64,000 bases of DNA from Eutreptiella sp. 'Long Island Sound 2002' (Eukaryota; Protista; Euglenida), in contig OZ038378.1 of assembly GCA_964036045.1 (NCBI GenBank), forward strand, positions 195,734,001-195,798,000, written 5' to 3'. The stretch's first letter is position 1. Each line of letters begins with the position of its first letter. Both the position numbers and the translations under genes were made by a program. Below, one piece after another: positions 48,001 to 59,000 of this stretch. The notes under the pieces are model-generated. The model was not told the DNA's origin, did not search any database, and saw only the letters and a list, made by a program, of their open reading frames with translations.

Positions 48001-48721
48001 CTGAAACTGTGACCGTACACCCGGAAGTACCTACCGGCACACTCACGGAGCTCCTGTGCTGGACACTTGCTGTTCATTTTCGATGCCTTCTGGATGTTTG
48101 TTCAAAATTCCTGGTGCCTTGTAGCAACTTCCTATTACCTGTTGGATGCTTGCCAGTATTTCTTGGTGCGTATTGTTGCCGACCTTGAACTACTGGAGTG
48201 CAAGAAAAATGTCACCCAAGAAAAATGTAACCGTGACCATGAGATTGCTGCCAGCTGTAGAGGTGATCACCCCCCCCCCCTCCCCCACACGCCACCCCCC
48301 CCGACACACGCAGCAGGTCCATCCTGGCACGAGGTGCTCTCTCTGGGCAGAGGGTCGAAGTGCTGACGCCCGTCCCACAGCGCTCTCCGTCTCGCAGTCG
48401 TACGCAAGTCCCAAGGACGGCGTCGCGGGCGCACACCCCCCGGGCCCGCACGCCCCCCTGCACGCCGCCCCCGCCCGCGCCCGCGACCAGTACCACATAA
48501 CGCTCGCCACGCAGGCCACGCCGCCGTGGTACGACTCGGAGCCCCACGTCAAGACCCGGGCGCCCGCGCTCCCGAGCGGCGCGTCGCCGCGGGCGCCGCC
48601 GCGGCCCATCACGGAGCAGACCGTGGGGGACGTGCGGTGGTTTGGGTGCGGCGTGTGCCACTGCTGCGCGCTGGCGCGGTACTGTGCGCAGGCCCGCGCC
48701 CGGGGGCACGCGGTGTTCTGA
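33085..48721 (+). CDS. Multi-exon acidic/coiled-coil/Pro-rich protein region; exons 33085-33355, 35538-35640, 36922-37122, 37541-37690, 38195-38422, 39384-39549, 42399-42649, 44803-44952, 48398-48721 (stop); probably the 3' part of the C2-like gene
   Basis: All nine candidate exons are bounded by AG/GT and chain in phase (2,0,0,0,0,1,0,0) to a TGA at 48719-48721. The last exons have strong GC3 bias in the chosen frame. The link to the 30505 donor is unresolved, and additional small exons are possible. Confidence 0.55.
33375..34360. repeat. Foldback-like region built of GTGTTCAAGGGGGC-type subunits
   Basis: Multiple plus-orientation units at 33380-34170 and inverted units at 34230-34360. Confidence 0.55.
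36004..36490. mobile_element. hAT-like MITE with family A-type TIRs carrying the family B core
   Basis: GAGGGATGCATTGGA ... TCCAACGCATCCGTG; 8-bp TSD CACCTCCC/CCCCTCCC (7/8). Confidence 0.8.
38430..38690. repeat. (GT)n/(GTGC)n compound microsatellite with a duplicated GTCGTCTGTTTGTTGACAATC unit
   Basis: Direct reading. Confidence 0.9.
43613..43947. mobile_element. hAT-like MITE with an internal (CCAACCGCCA)-type tandem array
   Basis: TIR CAGGACGGTCCTTAA / TTAAGGACCGCCCTG; perfect 8-bp TSD GGTTGCAG (43605-43612, 43948-43955). Confidence 0.88.
45490..45683. mobile_element. Family C MITE, inverted copy
   Basis: Reverse complement of the 8405 body; ends TCTAATACATCCTTC. Confidence 0.6.
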
Positions 48722-48832
48722 GGGGCCCGGGAGGAGGGGGCCCCCAGGGCAGCGGTGGAAGGGGGATGATGGGGGGAACGGGTTGTGTGTCGCTGCGACC
48801 CGGGCCAACCCCCGCGGAAGGGGCGGCGGGGG

Positions 48833-49050
48833 GGGGGGTGCATTGGAAGGGGGGGAGGTACCCCCCGCCCCGCCCCTCCAGGGCGCCCAGCCTATGCCCA
48901 GCCACTGTCTCCCTGACGCCAAGTGTCAGGCTGAATGGCATTTGTAACCGACAGTAACGGCCCCCAACCGTTTTGACAACCTCCTCCAACCGCCTGTCTA
49001 ACCGCCTTTGGGGCCGCCTCTGAGGCCCCTGCTCTTCCGATGCATCCCTC
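48833..49050. mobile_element. Family A MITE, inverted copy
   Basis: Reverse-complement homology to 8134-8339; ends GATGCATCCCTC. Confidence 0.75.
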
Positions 49051-50634
49051 GCGGGTTTTTTTGGGGGGGGGGGGGGGGCTACGGTGGCAGAGAGAGACTC
49101 TGTTAAGTAGAGGCCCCGTCCACACCGCTGCGAAATCCGTCAGTGCCGTGTAAGTGCTGCTGCTTCCTGGGCCCAAGCACCGGCAGTCGTTGGATGTCGG
49201 TGGCGACGATTGCCGCATGAAACGTGCCGCAGCCCCCGTCGCATGGCCCCCCGTGTCAGACACTCTTGAGGGCTCTTGAGGTCAGGCCGAAGACGGGAAC
49301 CCCTGGGCTCTGTAGGGCGGGTCAGCGCCTGGTGCCTGTGCCCCCGAAAGGTTTCCCAACCACCCCAACCTCAACCCCCGGGCGCGGATGTGGTGGTGTG
49401 CACCCTCCGAACTCCGCGGTCTTGGAGCATTGCCGGCGCCGATGTGGGAGGGGCGCTGACGGGCAGCAGCAGCAGCTTGCGAGCAGAGGGGGTCACTGCC
49501 TCACTCTCACGCCGTAACAATGATATTCCCCCGACGGTTGGGCTGTTAGGCAGCCCATCCATCTGCTCACCTCTCGCAACGGGTGGGCTACCAACCCCCC
49601 ATCCACAAGTGGACGATTCCCTCCTCAAAGGGCACACACGTATGTCCACGCGGCGTACTCCTTCAGCCTTGATGGCACATCCTCCCCCCCCTCTTACTGC
49701 CGCCCCATACACGCAACCCGGCCACTGATCACACCTCCATCTTCTGCCAACCGCATTTATAACCGTCGAAACCGCTTCGCGCCACTCTGCCGCTCGACCG
49801 CCATCGCTCGCAGTGCCCCTGTACAGCCCCTTCAGAGCCCCAGCCCTGCACGTGATTCCCAGAGAGAGGGAGGGCGAAGCGTGTCCTGGGGGGTAGACCA
49901 TGTCTGGAACAGGGCGGGGGGGGGGGGGCGTGGACGGCCGCGACGAGGGCGGCAGGTAAGGGGCAGCCCTGGGTCCGCGGGCTTGGCTTGCAGACGGCAG
50001 CCAGTGGTCCAGCGACGGCGGGTGCTGCTCTCCGTTCGATGGCCGTCAAGACCGAAAACGCCGCGGGCTGAATGGGGAACAGCAGCGGGAGCACAAAGAG
50101 CACAAAGCAGAGCCAAGGGAACACGCCCCCCTCCCCCGCCAAAGTAAAGTAAAGGCTGGGCACCGCCCACAAAACACCTCTCCTCATTCAAACACGTATG
50201 GCCCATGGGAGGGGGGGTATGGGTATGGGTATGGGTATGGATAGAGCCCTTGTACCGAGTACCAGGCAAGCATCACCACGTGTCTCACTAGTTGTTCTAC
50301 GGTTGCTTCTTCGGGCTCGTGAGGCACCCGGGGCCCGCCACTGCTGTAGCCACGGGCCACGGGCCACGTAGACGGGTGAAACGGGTGTACAGGGCAGTGT
50401 GCTGTACTCTCACAGCGGCTGTTAACGGGGGTGGTGTGCACACGTAACCGCCGGGGTGGATCCGTTGCACGGAGGGTGCTGACAGGGTGGCCCATGCATT
50501 GGGCTGGTCTCACTGTAGGTCCCCACACGGTGAGGCATGGGCACTGCCTGGTCCATGCTCTCCCGAGCCAATGGCTGAGAGTCACAAGCCCCCTCTGGTA
50601 AGGGTCCCTTGCTACCCTCTTGGAGGACCGACCT

Positions 50635-50885
50635 GTCAGGGTGATCCACAGGCCATGGACCCCTCATGAGCATCCATGGGCTCCAGGCCATTCGGGACTC
50701 TGAGGGTCAAACCCTGCCAGTCCACAAGACCTCTTGCGACAGTGAAGCCCATGGACAGTCCTGAGGACTGACCAGTCAGGGTGGGCCACAGGCCACACAC
50801 GCCTCTTGAGCATCCACAGGCTCCAGGCCACTCGGGACACTCCGATGGTCAGCCCTGCTGGTCCACAAGTCCTCTTGTGGCATGG
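50635..50885 (+). repeat. ~140-bp tandem repeat x2
   Basis: GTCAGGGTG..CCACAGGCCA...GAGCATCCA.GGCTCCAGGCCA.TCGGGAC at 50635 and 50775. Confidence 0.75.
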
Positions 50886-52824
50886 GCACGTCCCACTCAT
50901 GTACAGCCACAGTTCAGTGAGCTAAGACACCGGGCTCCTGGCCACTTGTACCCAGGGGACACCGAACTGAGCGTGCATGAGACCCCCACCCCCCGCCCTG
51001 CGGAAATCAGGCTCTCCTGGAGACCATGACCGGCAACCCCTATTTCTTCCACTTGGTCTGGCAGTGGTAGGGCTGCCCCATGCGGATAGCACCTTCCCCA
51101 GGGGGTGGGTGGTGTGCCCTGGTGGTGTAGGCCCCCTGTCTAGGCCCATCTGACTCGGATGGGAGGGGGGGGGGGGGGGCACAATACTGGCACCCACTGC
51201 ATCACGGCGGTCATGCAGAGGGATATGGAGAAGCGGATCTGGGTTTGAATTTGGTGGCCGATTCTTAGGCTCACAGGACGCCTGGGGTGGCGTACGACGG
51301 CTGACAACTCTGCTTATCAGCCGGCCATACCCCAGGCCATCGTGGAGTGTTGTGGAAAAAAGTTGTGTACCTAAAATTGGCCTCAAATTTGGGGCCTCTT
51401 TAATGAAGTTTGCTTTTCCCCCGGAGGAAAATTTTCCTGATGTGGTTGGGTCAGTGTTGGGGTCGGGGCTGGGCAGGGCCTCAAACGCACCCCCAAACCC
51501 CCCCACTCAGCAATGGCCTGGGATACGCCCCTGGAACACCCGCAAGTGCACGTTCCAGTCCGCTGCGACATGTGCCACCGCAGACACACGGTGTGGACGG
51601 GCCGGGCCCTGGTTCAACAACGCCGCACCCCAAGCCCTTCAGGAGCTGGTCCACTTGGCAGCACCAGACTATGGCACATTGTGTATCACGTCAAGCACCC
51701 CCGAGAGCCCCGGTGGTGGGGCTGGCACGACCCCTGCAGCAGGCTCCACTTGTACATCGCTAGACCTGACCTCCCTATTCTGCCCCTGAAACGCTCTGAC
51801 TCTACGGCCCAGCCCCACCCCAGACAGGGAGTTGACCGTTCGGTGCCCCCCCCCCCCCCCCTCCCGTCGACATCAGCGTTGCCGAAGCAGCCTGTTGTGG
51901 CCCTGCAACTTTGGGAGGGGGCTCTGGGGTGGGGCTGCTCAACGCGCGCGGGGGGGGGGGGGGTTATGGATGCTCAACATGGGGTGTGGTTGTTGTTGGG
52001 GTGTGAAAGTCTCCCAAGACCTTCTCTACCCACCCACCCAAAGTTCCAAATGACGATTTCTCTGTTATCCCGAATACTTGGTTCACCTTATCGCTGAAAA
52101 TAACACTGTACCCATTAGTTGGGTCTCTCTTTTTGTTCCTGATACACACACTGTTTGTACTGATTTCTGGACTGCTGTCGTATGTCTGCTGATACAGTGT
52201 GTACCTGAGGTCTAACCAGGTTTGTAGAGATTAAAGATGCACTTGTGCCTGACTGTGGAATGCATTGGATCCAGTTTGCATTTTTTGCAGCACTGTCTGT
52301 CTGTTTTCTACCAGTTCAACTCAATCTCTTAATTAGGTCTGACTCCCCGACATCAGCTTGCCGAAGCAGCCTGTTGTGGCCTGTTGTGGCCCTGCAACGT
52401 TGAGAAGGGGCTCTGTGGTGGGGGTGCTCAACGCCTGGGGGGGGGGGGGTATGCTCAATGTGGGGTGGTTGCTCAGGGTAAGGACAGGACAGCGTGTGGG
52501 TTCTGCACAAGAAGAGCGCCATTGTGGTCCCAACACTTTGGGAAACGTTACTGTTGAACATTTTTTTTTATTGGAAGCGCTTTGGGAAAGAGGCCTTGGT
52601 TATGCCAAACACCGTGGCAGCGTTCACATTCACCAGCACAGACAATCACCATGCATGTGCTTTGGATTCAATGCGCAGCGACTGCACGCTCAGAGGAGGC
52701 AAAGCAGGGCCATCGCAATGAGACAGATCATCCGTGGTACACAGGGCCCGTTCTGTTGGAAGACGGAGCATGTGTGTGCACCTTGAACTATGTAACGTTA
52801 TGTTATGACCCCCCCCCACCCCCC

Positions 52825-53000
52825 CAGGGAAGTATTTGAAGGGGTGGGGGGGTTGAGACCCAAAAGTTTGTGTCCCAAAAACTGCCCCACCAGCTTTTCC
52901 CAATTGTAAATGTCGGTTTTTCCCAGGATGGTCACTTTGGGGGGTAAACCTGATGTCACACAGGGGGGTAAACCTGCCCTTCTCCTACAGAATCCCCCCC
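52825..53000. mobile_element. Family C MITE, 3'-truncated
   Basis: Starts CAGGGAAGTATTTGAAGG; body matches the 8405 copy. Confidence 0.6.
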
Positions 53001-54039
53001 CCCCCCCCCCGCAAGTGTCCAAGGAGGACTGTTTTGTGTCAATTGCCTGTGCAATCCAACATGAAGCATCTGCGGCAGCCACCCCAGTGCAAACCAATAC
53101 CCAAGCCCAGTGACGGCAGGTGGTCACCACATTGGTGGCTACCCTGGGGCCCTGCATGCTTGCCTGAAACATTTGGGGTTGGGTGTGGGCGGTTGGCGTG
53201 CCTGGAACAGGGACCTCGGGCCCTGTCATTGGTCAGGGATTCCATTTGGCGCAGACGTGGACCCTTATGAGGTTTAGACTGATTGGAAGTTGCATTGCAA
53301 GGCGGACTTTGCCGCTCCAGAGAGATGCTCCGGGTCTGCATTTGTGTCATGTATCGACCACTCGGGCATTGTTTCGGAGTGCAGTGGAAGCTGCCGTGCC
53401 AAAGTGGAAGAAGTAGAAATGTATGGAACGCATAGATTTTCTCAGCAAGAATACGTTTTAATCCTACTCAGCCTGTAATCTTTTCTCATGATCTTACCAT
53501 TTACTGTCTTGTCCTCTAACCACCGTTTTAGCACGCCGTTTTAGCACGCAAAAGCAATTGCAGTGGATGGTGAGTGGATACTTTCTTTGAACATATACCT
53601 GAACAGTGCATTGCCCAGCAGCAAGTGATTCGGCATCTTGGGTTGGGGGGGGGGGGGGGGGCATCCCTGATGCCCTGTCATACCAACGTGCACGCTGGAC
53701 ATCGTCAATTCCTCACACTTCTTGCGATGTGGAGAGGGCGTTCTCCGTTTGCAGGATCGGGTGTTCTGAAAAAACACCAAAGCATGCAGCATGGGACTTA
53801 CAGGGCGTACATCACATTCTGCTTTAATAGAGAGGCACGGCCACCCTGAGCAAGTTCGGCCCAGGAATGGTGCGATGATACTCGGATTGCTTGACATGTA
53901 TCGCATTTGATTTGCCTCGACTACCGTGCAATCCTCCAATGTGCCCCAAACTCCCTCCAAATTGCTTTGGAAATATTTCAGTCAGCTTCTGGACAAGCGT
54001 CCCCATTATTTTTGGTTTGTTTTATCAACGGGGGGCAAA

Positions 54040-54503
54040 TTAGGAATACGCGAAATTTGGAATGGCAAAATTTGGCACATCAAAAGTAAACCAAATTTTG
54101 CCATGGAATTTAAGAATTTGTGCCAAAATTTGCCATTTCGTTCTACATGATGGTTTGTCCATAATTTCCAAGAGATTTCGGCGAGAGATGTTGTGCTGTA
54201 TGGTGCGAGGAGCGTAATCTGTGGTCCAGTTTCGAAATCTTTGATCAATTTGCTTCAGTCAGTGCCCAATGTGTTGTTGCTGGAAGCCCACGCTGGGGCA
54301 CACCAGGTTAAAATTTTGCAGTGACACTACGTGCAAGGGCCATCACTGGTCAAAGGGAGGAAGCATCCAGAACCCAACAGTCGCGGTGTGCTTGTTCTTG
54401 TGCCACAATACGGGAAGGTTGTACCAAATTCTGTCATGGAATTTAAGAATTGGAGCCAAATCTTGTCCGCACCAAATTTCGCCATTCCAAATATCGTTCC
54501 TAA
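54040..54503. mobile_element. Long-TIR MITE
   Basis: ~35-bp imperfect TIR TTAGGAA..ATTTGGAATGGC(A/G)AAATTTGG; internal direct repeat CATGGAATTTAAGAATT. Confidence 0.7.
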
Positions 54504-56089
54504 CCCCCCCCCCGCGGTAGTGCTTGAGAAGTGGTGCAGTGATTGTGGCGCGGTGATTGTGAGTTCAGAGCTCTGGGCGTACGCTGAAAAACGGCCATTT
54601 TGGGGCAACACATGCGTTGGGGGGAGTGGAGTTGGAACCCGCTCCCGATATTCTTGGATCTTGTGGGTGATGTTTGCCGCTGGCATGTGCTGCATTCCTA
54701 CGCAGGTTTGCACATGTTGCCCCAGTCGCTCCCCAACTTCACGACAGAGCATTTTCACCGTGTATCATTGTTTAGACCACGGGGGGGGGGGCGCCGGGCC
54801 CGGGCCCTTGACGCCAACGACCCAGCCCCCCCCCCCCCCCCCTCCCTGAAAGTGGCTGGAAAGTGGGAGGGAGTCGGCATATGGCCCGTTGCTACGCCCC
54901 CCCTGTGGTTTAGACTGGTCTTAGGTGTTGCCCCATCCCTGTGTCTGGGCCTATCGCTGGTGGAGGCGATCAGCACGAATCACCCTGTGGATCCACACAT
55001 TAGAGGGTGCCCTGGTCATGAAGATTGGGGCAGGACCCCAGGGATGCAGATGCATGCACAATGAGTTGGGGCCCTAAAGTGGCCATGTTGCGATGGCTGT
55101 GGAACGCGGCGGAGAAGGCCCGCCCAATGCTCCGGGTGCTGAAGCACCACAAGCGCCCCGTTGGCCGTGAGGGTACACGTCGGAGGTCCTTGCCTCTCCC
55201 GCGCCCGTGTGCATCACGGCTGCGTGGGCCTGCAGCGGGGGACATAGGGTGAGAGCCCTTGGAGCACCTTTTCCTGCCCTGCCCCCCCCCCCCCCCCGCG
55301 CCGCTTATCCACTGAGGGTGGGCAATGGACTCATGGGAGTGTCAAAGGACAGCAGGGCTTTGGCATTCTGATTTGGTCACGCTGCATTGCCAAGCATTAT
55401 GATTGTCTTCACGAGGAGGGTGGATATCTGGTCCATGAGCACCGGGCCACCATCATTAAACAGATATTGAGCAGTAACACATCTGGGAAGACACAAACTA
55501 AGACGTGCATTCCAACCCAATGCCACACAAGTACTATAGGCAGTAGGTCGAGAGGTTAGGGGCCATGCACTATGTTTGCTGAATGATATGTCTCCCTTGG
55601 TGGGTTATAGCTTTGTGATGCACAGTATGTAGGCACATCCTATGTGCCGCTGATACCAGTGGATGTTGTATTGCTGAGGTGGGGTGTAGCTTGCCACCAC
55701 TGCTGACCACCCATAGTGTTGGTGAACTATTGTGTGTGATTGTTCTTCTGTCACTTGCATCTGTTCTTGCAATTTAATGGGCGAGTGGGGTGCGCCATGC
55801 ATCGTTTTTAAATGTATAATCTCCCAGACCAAATTTTTTTGCTTTGTTATTGTCCCGTAAGAGCATGTGAAGCGAAGTGCATGGCCAAATTTTCCGGCAA
55901 AATGGCAATTCTGCCATACCGTATCACACGAAGAACTGATGGTTTGTGTGTGCGTGTCCGTGTGTGTTGTTGTTGTCATCTCATCGCAGGTGTATGTTCA
56001 CTCGCGCATGTGTGAGGCAGTTCGAGCCGCAGGTATGGGATGCTGTTGGACAACGCTGTTTGTGTGTTTACAGCCACTTCTGCTGCAAA

Positions 56090-59000
56090 ATGCCGAAAGC
56101 CAAGGTCAAGATGAGCCAAAAGATTGGCAGGGTGAAGAAAATGCTCGAGAAGGCGGCGGTCGGTATGTGACCCCCCCCCCCCCTCTCCCCCAGGAGGGTG
56201 GTATGTCGCATGCAGGCAGCACTTGCCGATATATAAGTCATCAGGTGAACACGCACGAATGTTTCCGTTTGATTGTAGATATGGATGTAGTTTTATGACG
56301 GATGAATACGTTGTGCTTCATCTAGATTGTCCATAGCATATCCTCTCGAACACAAGAACAGTTGCAGTTTGAATGATGATTGCGCCCCCCCAGGAGGGAT
56401 TGCAAACGGGGGGAAAATTTCAAGGGGGGCAGGGGGTACAACCAGTGTCCCTTCACACCCATCTACTCACTGTCCCTGTTTTGCCCAGGTCACGAGATTT
56501 CTTTTCGACTAAATTTGGAGTGAAAGGGTTCACCAGAGCAAAGGCACACTCCAAGCGTACATCGGGTGTAGGCTGTCATGCGCCCAGTGTACGGCGTCGG
56601 ACACAGGGCGCAGAGCCCCGTGCTTCATGGCCCACACGTGTGCACATCTTTGCGCGCCCTGCTCTACCTCCGGCGCCACAAGCACCGCACTGCAGAAAGG
56701 GTCCGGTCACATCACCACTGCCCAACTTTCACCTGCCGCTTGATAGCGACTGGGGGCGCAGCCAAGGGCACCTTGCCCGAAAAGCATAGGAAGTACTGGG
56801 CGCCGAAGGCGCTGAAGAAAACATTTCTTTCGGTCATACTGGAACTGCTGCATCTTTGGTGCTACCGTTGTGTAGTGCAATCCACCCCCCCCCTTCCCCC
56901 GGGGGGGGGGGGGGCACCGTCACTTCACTTCTCCCCCCTCCTTGGGGGAACCGTCACGACGTGTGTGTGTGTGTGTGTATGTGTGTGTGTGTGCTCACCT
57001 TGTTACAGCACTCCCAAAAAGCCAATCTGGTGGATAGTTGGTGGATGGGGGGGGGGTAGTATTGCGATGTATGTTCCGATGTTATTACTATCTCCCCTTA
57101 AATCTAGCTAACGACAAGCAAGCAGCACTTCGCATTTCCATTTGGCCATTCCTTCTCGCGCTTCATTTTTTGTTGACAGGCGCTAGTCCCCTTTGCACCT
57201 CCGCCTGCAATGCCCAAATGTGGGTCTCAAATATGCCTCTTTTGGTCCAGGGTCTGGGTCAAGCCTCCCCATTTTCCGGAGACGCATGGCCAACAGAACG
57301 TTTTGCGTCGGTGAGAGTTCTAAGGTCTTGGGGAAGGGGTATAATGGCTATTTTTTCTGCGAGTTTGGACAATGTTGTGTCAGGTCCAGTCGGTAAAGCC
57401 CATAAGTGGAAAAGCATGGACTGGAATCACTTAGGTGGCCTAAGCTGCCCCTTTTGGCACCAATCGGACAAAAATGTATGAAAATATCACTTGGAGAAAA
57501 CCCATATTTTTGGGAAAAAAGGGTGTTGAAAAAGGGATGCCTTAATTCAGAAAAGTCGTTTTTTTTTTTTAGAATTCCAAGCACAAAGAATTCGATGAAA
57601 TACCAGCAAATCACGGGAACAAAAGCACCGTTTTTTAAAATGCGAGGTTTGCACCGCTCTGCAACAACTGGTGCGCCGAAACCGTGAAGGTGCTTCCTGA
57701 AACATACAAATATTCCTGAGTTACAAAGACCTGGCACATTTTTCTTGAGCAAACCCGTGCCAGTCACCAAATGGTATCACGCAATTGCGTGTTAAGAGTG
57801 TACAACAGAAAACCGGAATGCAAGCTGGAAGAGGAGAGCCCAATATTCGGTTACGATTTCCTGCTGCGGCAACAGGGGCTTAATTTAACAGGCAATTGCG
57901 CGTTCATGTTCTGGGCTCAATACTAGCAGAGTGCCTGAATGGTGAGTTTTAACGCGCAATTGCGCGTTCAAAGGGCCGTGAAAATCTGTGCTTGTTGCAA
58001 CATTGAATGATTTTTTTTTTAAACCCGTGGAAAATTTTACACTGTTCATTCAGGCTCCCCTGTAGGATGGTAAAACCCTGATTGTGACCGTGCATTATGC
58101 ATGGACACTATAAATTGTGCAGGGCTCTAAAGCAATCACAAGAAGGGCATGAGTATCATGCAGCTGACACAACATGCAACTGCGTGTTGACCATGAAATT
58201 GGAGCCCAGAAAAGGGCTTAGCACAGTAAATGTTCATCGGAATATTCACGCGCAGTTGCGTGTTACACTTCTAAAAAAATGCATGATTTTGACCTTTTGT
58301 AAATCCAGACAAGTTGAAATTAGGGGAAATTCTTGTGCTTTCTATCAGGGGCTTGCCGTAGCACGAAATCTAGTTGTAGTACGAGTGCGCTATGCATAGG
58401 GATATATACTTTCCCATGGTCTACCCGAAATCCGTGTTGAGAGTCCTCTTGGTGCTGCTTTTCACATGATCAAAAACTTGAAAATTTTTTTTTCCATGCA
58501 GAGCAATTGTTGTACCAGTGTTGAGCGATCCGAAAAATAAGAAAAGCACTCCCCTCTTGTGAGTGGACCGAGGAACAACGGCCTCTTGGCCTTCTTAGTA
58601 ATCGACCTTGCATCCACCACTAGGTTTCTCTGCATCATTTCACTGTTGGCATTCTTCTTTTGCATTCCTTAGGCATTAGGCATTGATGATACGAGGAAAA
58701 CCCAATGCCTTTGGCTGTATTAACACGCAATTGTGTGCTAAAGAGGCGCACTATTGAAAAATATCTGGGATTGCAGCCTTGTAGTCCACTGTTTTGAGCC
58801 CTGCATGGATGTCCTTGAGATTGATATTATTTTGCGATACACTGTATTCAAAAATGGGTAAAAGCACAGCACTTAACACGCAATTCCGCGTGAAAAACAC
58901 TTTTCAGGCATTTTGCTAGTGTTGAGCGCCTGATGTTAACGCACGCTCGGTATGATAAGTGCGAAGAGATGAACATCTGGTGCGAGCAACAGCAAGGGTT

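Noticed and set aside
50215-50242. Telomere-like (GGGTAT)n; also TTAGGCA x2 at ~58671
   Set aside because: Too short and internal; ordinary microsatellites.
57778-58892. CRISPR-like array of palindromes
   Set aside because: Irregular spacing (60-480 nt), variable repeats, eukaryotic context and no cas genes.
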